In this document: positions 8,659-17,117 of the stretch, one piece after another | How positions within the stretch are numbered: the stretch's first letter is position 1 | Layout of the letters: each line of letters begins with the position of its first letter | Origin: Candidatus Bathyarchaeota archaeon | Lineage (GTDB): Archaea > Thermoproteota > Bathyarchaeia > Bathyarchaeales > Bathycorpusculaceae | Direction: 5' to 3' | Assembly (NCBI GenBank): GCA_963777155.1 | Contig: CAVZPM010000006.1 | Coordinates: 1 to 27,579, forward strand | Length of the DNA: 27,579 bases | Made by a program: the position numbers and the translations under genes | Notes under the pieces: model-generated | Told to the model about the DNA's origin: nothing | The model's database searches: none | The model's input: the letters and a program-made list of their open reading frames with translations, nothing else

Positions 8659-9651
8659 ATGACAGCACATTTCACCCTTGAAAACCAAGAAGTTAACTGG
8701 GAAGTTGACGACATTCCAGTTTATGGAACTATCACCTGCCCAAAGAGTGAAGTTGTAAAAACGGCAATAGTTTTTGTGGCAGGTAGTGGTCCAACCGATA
8801 GGGATTGGTGCTCGCCACTCTTACCTGGAAAAAATGGCAGCGGCAAGTTGTTGGCTGAAGCGCTCGCAAATCAAGGATTCCTAACCTTACGCTATGATAA
8901 ACGCGCCTCAGGACCGCATGTTCAAGAAAATATTCCTAAGATGATAGGCAAAATCAGTATGCAAAGCCACCTCGACGAATTGTCTGGTGCAGTTGAAACC
9001 CTGCTTTCAAAAAAGTATGTAGACGAAAATAATCTTTTTATTCTTACAAATAGTGAAGGCGCAATTCACGCACTAAACTTCCAATTGAGTTCGAAAATAA
9101 AATTCAAGGGGATGATACTCACTGGTGCACCTGGACGATCGGTTGGTCAAGTAGCACGCAGCCAAATCTATAACCAACTTGTTTCAATCCCCAATAAGGA
9201 AACGATCATGAAACAATACGACGATGCAATTGCTTCATTTTTAAACAACAACCCAGTATTGCTCGATGATAGTATTCCTGTAGGCATCAAACAGCTTCTG
9301 CTTTCCTTGGCAACTCCAGCGAACCTACCTTTTGTCCGAGAACTATGGAGTTACAATCCATCGGAAGTTCTCTCTAAAGTTAAAGAGCCAATATTGGTTG
9401 TGATCGGCAAAAAAGACATTCAGGTTGATTGGCGAATTGACGGCAAAGCTTTAGAGACAGCGAATGCCAAAGAAAGTTCAGTTACTTTTGTATATCCCGA
9501 AAACGCAGACCACGTTCTAAAATATGAAGAAAAGCCTTGTGAAAGTTTAACCGCTATGGACTCTCTCCGCTACAACGTACCAGAAAGAATCATAGACCCA
9601 GAAGCTAGAAATACTATTCTAAATTGGCTCATCAAACAAAAACAGAAATAA
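8659..9651 (+). CDS. Alpha/beta-fold hydrolase
   Basis: AGSGPTDRD, LRYDKR, nucleophile elbow TNSEG, GKKDIQV (Asp) and ADHVLK (His). Confidence 0.88.
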   Translation: MTAHFTLENQEVNWEVDDIPVYGTITCPKSEVVKTAIVFVAGSGPTDRDWCSPLLPGKNGSGKLLAEALANQGFLTLRYDKRASGPHVQENIPKMIGKISMQSHLDELSGAVETLLSKKYVDENNLFILTNSEGAIHALNFQLSSKIKFKGMILTGAPGRSVGQVARSQIYNQLVSIPNKETIMKQYDDAIASFLNNNPVLLDDSIPVGIKQLLLSLATPANLPFVRELWSYNPSEVLSKVKEPILVVIGKKDIQVDWRIDGKALETANAKESSVTFVYPENADHVLKYEEKPCESLTAMDSLRYNVPERIIDPEARNTILNWLIKQKQK

Positions 9652-9789
9652 TCAACGTCAAAATAATCAAGGATAAATGAGGGTGCTTGGGCGTGTTTTT
9701 CTGAATTTCTGAGCACTTGGTTTAACACAATACCTTAAATAACATCCTATTATTCTGTATTATTTGGCGTAATTACTCGAGATGTTTCG

Positions 9790-10026
9790 ATGGTAAAGAA
9801 TGTAATCAATTTGGATGAAAGGGAAAGCCGAGTAATCAACATAGTCAAAGCAAAATATGGACTCAAGGATAAGAGTCAAGCCTTAAGCGTGATAATCAAA
9901 CGTTATGAAGAATGTGAGCTTGAACCTCAACTCAGACCGGAATTTGTTAGAGAAGTAGAAGAGACAATCAAAAAAGGTAAATTTGTTAAAGTTAAGGATT
10001 TCGCGGAAGAATACGGACTTAAGTGA
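9790..10026 (+). CDS. DUF2683-like antitoxin
   Basis: VINIVKAKYGLKDKSQAL...EPQLRPEFV; upstream of a RelE-like gene. Confidence 0.8.
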   Translation: MVKNVINLDERESRVINIVKAKYGLKDKSQALSVIIKRYEECELEPQLRPEFVREVEETIKKGKFVKVKDFAEEYGLK

Positions 10027-10030
10027 TTGC

Positions 10031-10291
10031 TTGTATTGCTTGGAAATTGAGGAAGAGGTTTCTAAGGCATTCAAAAAACTACTCAAGAAGGATAGAGTGC
10101 AATTAGAGTCTATAAATAAGAAAATTGGGCAGATTCTTACAGATCCTTATCAATTCAAACCTTTAAGACACCCCTTGGAAGGACTGAGAAGAGTTCACAT
10201 TAGCTCATTTGTGTTGATATACAGGATAATAGAAAACCCGCCGACTGTGCAGCTCATAAAGTACGCTCACCATGACAAAGCTTACCTCTGA
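10031..10291 (+). CDS. RelE/ParE (YafQ-like) addiction-module toxin; probable TTG start at 10031
   Basis: FKKLLKKD...KKI.QIL.DP..FKPLRHPLEGLRRVHI.SFVLIY...HHDKAY. Confidence 0.88.
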   Translation: MYCLEIEEEVSKAFKKLLKKDRVQLESINKKIGQILTDPYQFKPLRHPLEGLRRVHISSFVLIYRIIENPPTVQLIKYAHHDKAYL

Positions 10292-10389
10292 CCAATCACT
10301 TATACTCTATCACGAAAAAGTCGAGTTTCAGTTTTCTTCAAATAAGAGCGCATCTACATTGTCTGTATAAGGCGATTTGAGGGGTAGAT

Positions 10390-10551
10390 TTGAAGAAATG
10401 TGGTTTGTGTGGAGAAGAGATCAAGGATGGTAAGTACTTTACAGTTTATCAATGCAAGGGAACAGAGAGTAGGCTTGTTCTGGTAGCGTGTGAAAGAGAT
10501 TTTAACGATAAGGCATATCGAGAAATCATCATGAAAATCTCAAGTATGTAA
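10390..10551 (+). CDS. 53-aa zinc-finger-like microprotein (below the ORF-track cutoff)
   Basis: TTG start after GAGGGGT; MKKCGLCGEEIKDGKYFTVYQCKGTESRLVLVACERDFNDKAYREIIMKISSM. Confidence 0.6.
   Translation: MKKCGLCGEEIKDGKYFTVYQCKGTESRLVLVACERDFNDKAYREIIMKISSM
10532..10549 (+). repeat. 18-bp direct repeat, left copy (TGAAAATCTCAAGTATGT)
   Basis: Identical to 13518-13535. Confidence 0.8.
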
Positions 10552-10674
10552 CAAGATAATTAATGTGTTCTAATTCATCCTCTAAACAGTCAACAAGTGA
10601 AGCAGATTACCATACAAGAATAAATGCAAATGCTTAAAATCATTTTAACAAATAAAGGAAAGAGGTGTAAGAAC

Positions 10675-10926
10675 ATGAATAAGGGTAGACTTTTTGAAGA
10701 GCTAATTCCGATTGAACAATTATCTTATAAAGGGTATACTACTCCTGAGCTTGCTAATGCTAAAATAAGGCAAGTTTTGGATGAAGCTAAAAAAGAAATG
10801 CCGCCTTTCATCGAAAAATGGGTTAATACAGAAACTGAAAACCCTGATTGGAAAGCAACTTGTGAAGCTATGAACGAGAGAACATTGGCAAGAGAAAAGT
10901 GGTTTATTAAATGGTTTGGTGAATAA
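10675..10926 (+). CDS. Hypothetical protein (83 aa)
   Basis: ATG at 10675 preceded by the SD-like GAGGTG; open frame ending KWFIKWFGE; no family recognised. Confidence 0.6.
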   Translation: MNKGRLFEELIPIEQLSYKGYTTPELANAKIRQVLDEAKKEMPPFIEKWVNTETENPDWKATCEAMNERTLAREKWFIKWFGE

Positions 10927-11024
10927 AAATAGCGAAGTCCTAAAGGTCTTTCATAGTTTATTTTGGATCTTTGGGCAAAACATTTATTGTTTACTTTTTT
11001 CTCATTCTATGTGAGGTTATTTTT

Positions 11025-11255
11025 ATTAAAGCTGATAAATCGCTAGATTGCTTGGGTTTGTTCTGTCCCGAACCGGTTTTCAACACTAGACTTCAGTTGG
11101 ATGAAATGAAGGTTGGAGAAACTCTTGAAGTCACGGCGGATGATCCGGCAGCAAAATCTGACATTGAAAACCTTGCTAAGAACTTAGGCGACGAGGTACT
11201 GGAAAGCAAACAGGAAGAAGGCGTAACTCGGATAGTAATTAAGAAACTAAAATAG
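11025..11255 (+). CDS. tusA: Sulfurtransferase TusA/SirA family; start uncertain (possibly ATT at 11025)
   Basis: LDCLGLFCPEPV, GETLEVTADDPAAKSDI and C-terminal IVIKK. Confidence 0.9.
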   Translation: MKADKSLDCLGLFCPEPVFNTRLQLDEMKVGETLEVTADDPAAKSDIENLAKNLGDEVLESKQEEGVTRIVIKKLK

Positions 11256-11274
11256 TAAAACGAGGGAAACTTTT

Positions 11275-12463
11275 TTGGAAGCCGATGGTACAAGAAGAAT
11301 TTATATGGATTACTCAGCTGGTACGCCAGTTGACTCACGTGTAACTGATGCGATGTTGCCTTACATTAATTCCCGCTTTGGAAATCCTTCCTCAATACAT
11401 ACTCTGGGACAGGAAGCAAAGCAGGCATTGCAGAATAGCAGAGAAGTTGTCGCGAAATTAATCAACTCAGAGACCCCAGAAGCCATAGTTTTCACTTCAG
11501 GCGCCACGGAGAGCAACAATTTAGCCATAAGAGGCATCGCTGGCCGAAACAAAAGCCGCGGAAACAAAATCTTAACCTCAAGCGTAGAGCACATGTCAGT
11601 TGTCAACCCTTGTAAGTTGATGATTCGAAACGGATTTCAAGTCATTTTCCTACCCGTTGACAAGTTTGGGGTTTTGGATTTAGGAAAGCTGGAAGCCGAG
11701 TTAGATGATCAAACTACCCTTGTTTCAATCGTTTACGCAAACCCCGAAATAGGAACCATAGAGCCGATTAAAGAGATCAGCAAAATCGTGCATAGAGAAA
11801 AAGGCTTTTCTTCATGTTGACGCTACGGCAGCTTGTGGTCAAGTCCCAATTGATGTTCAAGATGAAAATATTGACCTGCTGACTATGTCAAGCAACGACA
11901 TGTATGGACCAAAGGGCGTTGGAGCACTCTACATCAAACCCGGCACCACGATAGAACCTGTGAATCAGGGTGGCGGTCAGGAACGCGGATTACGGTCTGG
12001 AACCGAAAACATACCTGGCATCGTTGGGTTTGCTAAAGCTGCCGAAATCGCCAAAAACGAAATGGCAAACGAAAGCCAAAGATTGACTTTGCTCCGAGAC
12101 AACCTAATTAAAGGTCTTATCGAACCCATACCCTATTCATACCTAAACGGGCACCCGACTCAAAGGTTACCCAACAACGTGTCAGTTAGGTACAGCTTCA
12201 TCGAAGGCGAGTCAATCCTTCTAAGTTTAGATATTGAGGGTGTTTATGCATCGTCGGGATCAGCTTGTGCCGCAAAAACACTACAGCCTTCGCATGTTCT
12301 GCTTGCTTTAGGCTTACAACCTGAGGATGCACATGGTTCCTTGATGGCGACGTTGGGAAGGGAAAACACTCAAGAGGACGTGGATAAATTGAAAAGTTTA
12401 ATGCCTGATATTGTTAAGAGACTAAGAGATATGTCTCCTCTTACTCCTAAGGAGTTGAAATAG
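11275..12463 (+). CDS. iscS: Cysteine desulfurase IscS/NifS type, +1 frameshift near 11795
   Basis: [28 protein letters not shown], [frameshift] [30 protein letters not shown] and SSGSAC catalytic Cys. Confidence 0.93.
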
Positions 12464-12464
12464 T

Positions 12465-12851
12465 ATGTATTCTGAAAAAGTGATGCAACATTTTAAGAAA
12501 CCTCAAAATATGGGAGAAATCCCAGATGCCGACGGAGTGGGTTCAGTTGGAAACCCCACCTGCGGAGACCTAATGACGATGTACATAAAAGTTAAAGACG
12601 ACCGCATCGAAGACGTTAAATTCAAAACCTACGGATGCGGAGCAGCCATTGCAACAAGCAGCATGACCACAGAACTTGCAAAAGGAAAAACAATCGATGA
12701 AGCCATGAAAATTTCCAGAGCAAGCGTAGCCGACTCACTTGGAGGTCTGCCCCCAGTAAAAATGCATTGCTCAAACTTAGCAGCCGATGCACTCCACGCC
12801 GCTATCGAAGACTACCAAAAAAAGCAGAAAGTCAAAAAAGAGGTGGAATAA
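12465..12851 (+). CDS. iscU: Fe-S cluster scaffold IscU/NifU-N
   Basis: MYSEKVMQHF, GNPTCGD, FKTYGCGAAIA and LPPVKMHCSNLA. Confidence 0.95.
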   Translation: MYSEKVMQHFKKPQNMGEIPDADGVGSVGNPTCGDLMTMYIKVKDDRIEDVKFKTYGCGAAIATSSMTTELAKGKTIDEAMKISRASVADSLGGLPPVKMHCSNLAADALHAAIEDYQKKQKVKKEVE

Positions 12852-13006
12852 TGAAAAAAGAAACTGCCAAATGCAACTGTTGCGGCACTGAAATCACAAG
12901 CGAACCTTGCCAACTTGCAGCTTACACCACCGAAGTAGATGGGAAAAAAGTCAGTTTTTGCTGCCAAAATTGTGCACCACAAGAAAAGAAGGTGATAAAA
13001 AAATGA
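12851..13006 (+). CDS. 51-aa Cys-rich TRASH/YHS-like metal-binding protein
   Basis: ATG overlapping the iscU stop after GAGGTGG; CNCCG...VDGKKVSFCCQNC. Confidence 0.75.
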   Translation: MKKETAKCNCCGTEITSEPCQLAAYTTEVDGKKVSFCCQNCAPQEKKVIKK

Positions 13007-13422
13007 GTCAAACCAAGAAACTAGCATTAGTCGTTCAAAGTGGAACAATCGACAAACTCTATTGCGCTTTCATTTTGGCATCCACATCTGTAGCCATGGG
13101 CTGGGAAGCACACTTGTACTTTACTTTTTGGGGGCTACAGAGTCTAGGAAAAGGCGCTATGGAAAAAGCAGTGTTGCCTGGAGACTACAAACATCTAGAA
13201 GAAACGATGCGAAAGAATCTAGAACGCATGAAATATCCCTCGCCATACGATATGCTCAAACGCATAAAGCAATCCGGCAAATGTACAATCTACGCATGCA
13301 CACCAACGATGGAGATGTTTGGAATCAAAAGAGAAGATCTTGTTCCTGAAGTCGACAGCATGGTTGGCGCTGCCACTTTCCTTGACATCGCAGCCGGCGC
13401 AGACGTTTCAATGTTCATCTAA
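13003..13422 (+). CDS. DsrE/DsrF/DrsH-like family protein (start 13003)
   Basis: KKLALVVQSG..DK, LYFTFWGL, IYACTPTMEMFG and VGAATFL; ATGA overlap. Confidence 0.88.
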   Translation: MSQTKKLALVVQSGTIDKLYCAFILASTSVAMGWEAHLYFTFWGLQSLGKGAMEKAVLPGDYKHLEETMRKNLERMKYPSPYDMLKRIKQSGKCTIYACTPTMEMFGIKREDLVPEVDSMVGAATFLDIAAGADVSMFI

Positions 13423-13517
13423 CCGCCTAATCCAAAAAGAGAACGACCAATTCAAACAACAACTATAACATCAACTCAATATTTTATTTTTTTTTAACTG
13501 CACACCAAGAAATTTTC

Positions 13518-13535
13518 TGAAAATCTCAAGTATGT
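13518..13535 (+). repeat. 18-bp direct repeat, right copy
   Basis: Identical to 10532-10549; both copies are preceded by AGAAAT within 4-5 nt. Confidence 0.8.
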
Positions 13536-13570
13536 GAAAGCCTCTTCTATTGTGAAGAGAGATAAGAAAC

Positions 13571-14260
13571 GTGGGAATCATCAGTAGGTTATTTTCGCGG
13601 CTGCTAAAAGCAAGTCCTTTTCCATCGGATCCCCTAGACAACCTTGCTGAGGTTATGCAGGTAACCAAAATTTTGAGAGCAAAAAAGTTGGAGCGTTACT
13701 TTAGTGTTGGTTTCTTGTCGGTTGTTGGTATGGCTTTTTTGGACAGGGTATTCTTCGACAGCACATGCCTAAGGGTTCTTTTGCCTGATGAGTTGCTGGC
13801 TGTTGGAGCGCATGAGTTTACTCATCTAAAAAAGAGACATGGCACAAAGAAGTTCTTTCGGCTAACATTACCAGCATCAATAGTTGGAGTCCTGATAGGG
13901 TTGTTTGTGTTCTTCAACTTTTCACTAATCGCCCCAATTCCCATTATTGGCAGTTTAGGCGAAGTTGTATCTGGTTTGCTTGCTGCAGTATTCTTCGGTT
14001 TTTTTGCCCTGGTTGCAGGTTTATACGTCAACGCTAAATGGCTCCGTAGCCTCGAAACCGAATGTGACCTGAGTTCAGTTGAGTTTCTAAACGGCGAATC
14101 TATGATTCAAGCTTTGATTAAGATAAACAATCTTCGACCCAGAAGAATGCCCCGTCTGGAACGGTTGTTACCCAAGGTCTACCCGACAATTGAACAAAGA
14201 ATAAACGATATCCACAAGGCAGCTGAGAACAAAAAGAAACAAATTTCGACTGCTCAATAA
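13571..14260 (+). CDS. M48 (HtpX-like) membrane zinc metalloprotease
   Basis: DELLAVGAHEFTH, two TM helices, ETECD third ligand and YPTIEQRI. Confidence 0.8.
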   Translation: MGIISRLFSRLLKASPFPSDPLDNLAEVMQVTKILRAKKLERYFSVGFLSVVGMAFLDRVFFDSTCLRVLLPDELLAVGAHEFTHLKKRHGTKKFFRLTLPASIVGVLIGLFVFFNFSLIAPIPIIGSLGEVVSGLLAAVFFGFFALVAGLYVNAKWLRSLETECDLSSVEFLNGESMIQALIKINNLRPRRMPRLERLLPKVYPTIEQRINDIHKAAENKKKQISTAQ

Positions 14261-14373
14261 GACCTAATTGATTTAGGCTTAAGGAAGTGGTGGTGCACTC
14301 TGTTCTGAAAGAACTTTTTCTATTATCAATAGGAGGGCACTGTTTTTTATGTTAAAGGATTGCTATTCTATCT

Positions 14374-15024
14374 GTGCCCAATTACTCCAAGAAACCATTC
14401 CTAACAAATAGCGATGAAGAATATCTAATGCTAATTGAGGTTAGTGAAGAATTTGAGAGACAGAAAATCGACAAAACAGCTCGCGAGAAATCTGGAAATC
14501 CGGCTGAAATAGTATTACGCAATCGTCTCATAAGAAAAAACTTTAACCTTTCAATGATTCCAGACGTCACAATTCAAGGATCTAAGATCAAAAACGATCT
14601 GCTTCTTTTGAAAAGCGGCGTGGACCCAAACCAAAAAACCTACCCGCCTAACCAAGTAAAGATGGTGATAGAGGTTAAGAACAACTCTGTTGGTGGCAAA
14701 ACTTTGGAAAACGGAAAGCAGGAAGACCCAAGCAAGGTAATGCGTGTTAAATTCAATGAGCTTGAGGCAACTACTAATGTGAGGAATTTTGCTGTTATCG
14801 TTCTTTCTGAAATGCTGCTTCCACCTAGGACTCCTTACAGATGGCGATTTAAGGAAGATGTTATAGGAAAAGAAAACTGCAAAGTCTTTACCTTAGTTGC
14901 ACGTCAGTTGTATCCTCCTGGTGGACTCTACATCAAATCCAACATTGAGGGAATGCTTCAGAAGGGGCAGATGAAAAAAACCGGAGAATTCCAGGAGCTT
15001 ATCGCTTACCTTAGATGCTTATAG
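14374..15024 (+). CDS. Hypothetical protein, possible PD-(D/E)XK endonuclease
   Basis: SGNPAE helix, NDLLLL and VIEVK in restriction-fold order. Confidence 0.55.
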   Translation: MPNYSKKPFLTNSDEEYLMLIEVSEEFERQKIDKTAREKSGNPAEIVLRNRLIRKNFNLSMIPDVTIQGSKIKNDLLLLKSGVDPNQKTYPPNQVKMVIEVKNNSVGGKTLENGKQEDPSKVMRVKFNELEATTNVRNFAVIVLSEMLLPPRTPYRWRFKEDVIGKENCKVFTLVARQLYPPGGLYIKSNIEGMLQKGQMKKTGEFQELIAYLRCL

Positions 15025-15032
15025 CTATGGCT

Positions 15033-15101
15033 AAAAGAATACCGCGCCCTCAAAAAACTCTTCAAAGAAGGTGACTACAAACACACAAATGTAATCACCT
15101 C
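15033..15101 (+). repeat. Dispersed ~70-bp repeat ending in a hairpin, copy B
   Basis: Similar to 6886-6955; stem AGGTGACTACA-N10-TGTAATCACCT at 15069-15100. Confidence 0.8.
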
Positions 15102-15207
15102 GCAGCTTACTTCTGATCTGCTGAAGGTGCTTAACTTTTTTCTCAAGAAATGCAAGTCTGCAATTTCCATAAAAGAAATGAAATAATCGGATCGATCAAT
15201 CCTTTTA

Positions 15208-17007
15208 TTATACATAGATCGGTTGGGAATTGGAAGGCAGTATTACTTTTTGTTTAAACCTTGCTTCAAACAAGTTTGGTTTAATTGTATGGATAGGGAT
15301 GATTTTCAAAGGAGCTATTTTTTCTATTAGTTCGAAAAGTTCGGTCTTTGAGGCGTGCCCTGACACGTGCCGTCTGACAAACATCTTTTTTTTGCCCTTT
15401 TTTTCGTATTCGTAATCAATGCCAAAGAAATCGAGCCAATGAACCATTTTTGTTTCATCGATCTCCATTTCTTCGCTGAAGGGCTCAGTCGAAGCAGAAA
15501 TATACCTTGTCTTATGGTTGCTATCCAATGCGACTAGGTCGAAGAGTTCGTTTGCATCCCAATACGAAAACATCAACACATACTGCTTGGGGTTTTCTCG
15601 GATACGGTAGGCTCTTACTCCGTTGTCTAAGTGGTGGGTTGCTAACTCATAGAGTTCTTCGTAATCGTATGGTTGTCCTTTACTGGTTGGTGGCAATGGA
15701 TTTTTGGGGTTGTCTGGGTTGCCGCCTACTCCTAATCTTTCTGCTACACGGACGATGTTGCGGTCGTCTTGGGCGATGTTTCTTCCGTGGTAGTGTAGGT
15801 ACCCCATTTTGTATTTGTCGTAGTCTGCTTTGGAATATAGTAGGTCGCCTTCACGTTTTAGGTAAACCCTAAGGTCTGGCATCGTTCGTGGGTCTGCATA
15901 TTCATCCGGAAAACTGGTGTGCATCTCGTAGAGTAGGTAGGCGAGTTTTGGTGTGATTGCGAGGGTGCGCCCGTTTTCTTTTGCGGCTTGATAGATGGTG
16001 CTAAAGCGTGTAAGGTCTTTCCAACCAAAGTTAACCAGGACAAGTCCCTCCGAGCGAGCTATGTCAGCGCTGATTTCCCGCCCAACATCTTCCTCAGTTA
16101 GAACTTCGTCTGAACCAACCCTGGTTCCTTCTATAATCAAAACATCAACCGGACCACCAACAGCGCTTACATAATCGTCCATCGAAACCTCGCCAGCGCC
16201 ATGGAACCGCACATCTCCAGTGTAGAGAATTCGTTTGCCGTCTGGGAGAGTGAGCAGTACGGAGCAGGCGCCGGGAACAGAGTGTCCCACTGGAATCAAC
16301 TTGTACTTGACGCCCTTAATCTGCCCCTCACAATCGGTCTTGAAGGTCCTGTAGCTTGGTGCGATGTCGTAGGTAAACTTGAACTTGGTTTTGGGGTCCT
16401 CGATGATTGGTAGCTCGGCTTCTTTTTCTTCGCTGCAAGCGCACTCGCCTGGGCAAAGCGTCTTGAACAGCTGCGGCTTCTGCTTAATCGTTACCTTCTT
16501 GGCTACTTTGTAGTACTGATCATCGACCCCTGAGACCGAAACATCGGTCATCGCTTTAGCCAGCACTTTAGTTTTTTCGGTACAGTAAACGGGGATGCAT
16601 GGGTCAAGGAAACTAACGTCTTGGATGTGGTCGAAGTGGGCATGCGAAACAAAAACCGCATCAACTGCTGGGTGCGCGGGGTTGCAAGGGCAAACATCTA
16701 GGGTTTTCCAATAATCCAATGCTTCCTCTAAAGGCACCTTTTTGGCAACCTCATCGTTCTCGAAGAGCACTGTCATGTCTACCAGGTGCGGCGTGTAGAT
16801 GCCGTCGATTTTAGGCAAGATCCCGAGCCGAAGCATGTCGCGCAGAGCATTCTTGGAGCGGGCTACGAGGAACTCTGAAAAATACTTGCTGTACTCTCCC
16901 ATGCGGCGGCCAAAATCCAAAAGAACAGATCCGTCTTCGGTTTGGAGCAGTATCTTGTTGCCGCCTATCTCGTTGACTCCACCGTAAAACGTAAGCTTTG
17001 CAGTCAT
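15208..17007 (-). CDS. MBL-fold beta-CASP ribonuclease, archaeal RNase J-like
   Basis: FYGGVNEIGGNK, LLDFG, SHAHFDH, GHSVPG, YTGD, IEGT, HVSGHA and IPIHT. Confidence 0.88.
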   Translation of the reverse strand: MTAKLTFYGGVNEIGGNKILLQTEDGSVLLDFGRRMGEYSKYFSEFLVARSKNALRDMLRLGILPKIDGIYTPHLVDMTVLFENDEVAKKVPLEEALDYWKTLDVCPCNPAHPAVDAVFVSHAHFDHIQDVSFLDPCIPVYCTEKTKVLAKAMTDVSVSGVDDQYYKVAKKVTIKQKPQLFKTLCPGECACSEEKEAELPIIEDPKTKFKFTYDIAPSYRTFKTDCEGQIKGVKYKLIPVGHSVPGACSVLLTLPDGKRILYTGDVRFHGAGEVSMDDYVSAVGGPVDVLIIEGTRVGSDEVLTEEDVGREISADIARSEGLVLVNFGWKDLTRFSTIYQAAKENGRTLAITPKLAYLLYEMHTSFPDEYADPRTMPDLRVYLKREGDLLYSKADYDKYKMGYLHYHGRNIAQDDRNIVRVAERLGVGGNPDNPKNPLPPTSKGQPYDYEELYELATHHLDNGVRAYRIRENPKQYVLMFSYWDANELFDLVALDSNHKTRYISASTEPFSEEMEIDETKMVHWLDFFGIDYEYEKKGKKKMFVRRHVSGHASKTELFELIEKIAPLKIIPIHTIKPNLFEARFKQKVILPSNSQPIYV

Positions 17008-17117
17008 GGCTTATCCCGAATGCGAGTTTACTGTATTACTTGTTTTAATAATTTGTCATTACTGATGGAGTTTCATAAAAAACAAGGACATAGCAGACTC
17101 ATGCTAGAAAAAGCAGA

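Noticed and set aside
15025-15186. Open frame LWLKEYRALKKLFKEGDYK...EMK after the 14374 gene
   Set aside because: It has no start codon in frame, so it is treated as part of the dispersed repeat or a gene relic, not a CDS.
3845-15200. Classical integron cassette array or provirus
   Set aside because: No integrase, capsid, packaging or replication genes are visible, and I found no RYYYAAC...GTTRRRY attC pattern between genes by eye.
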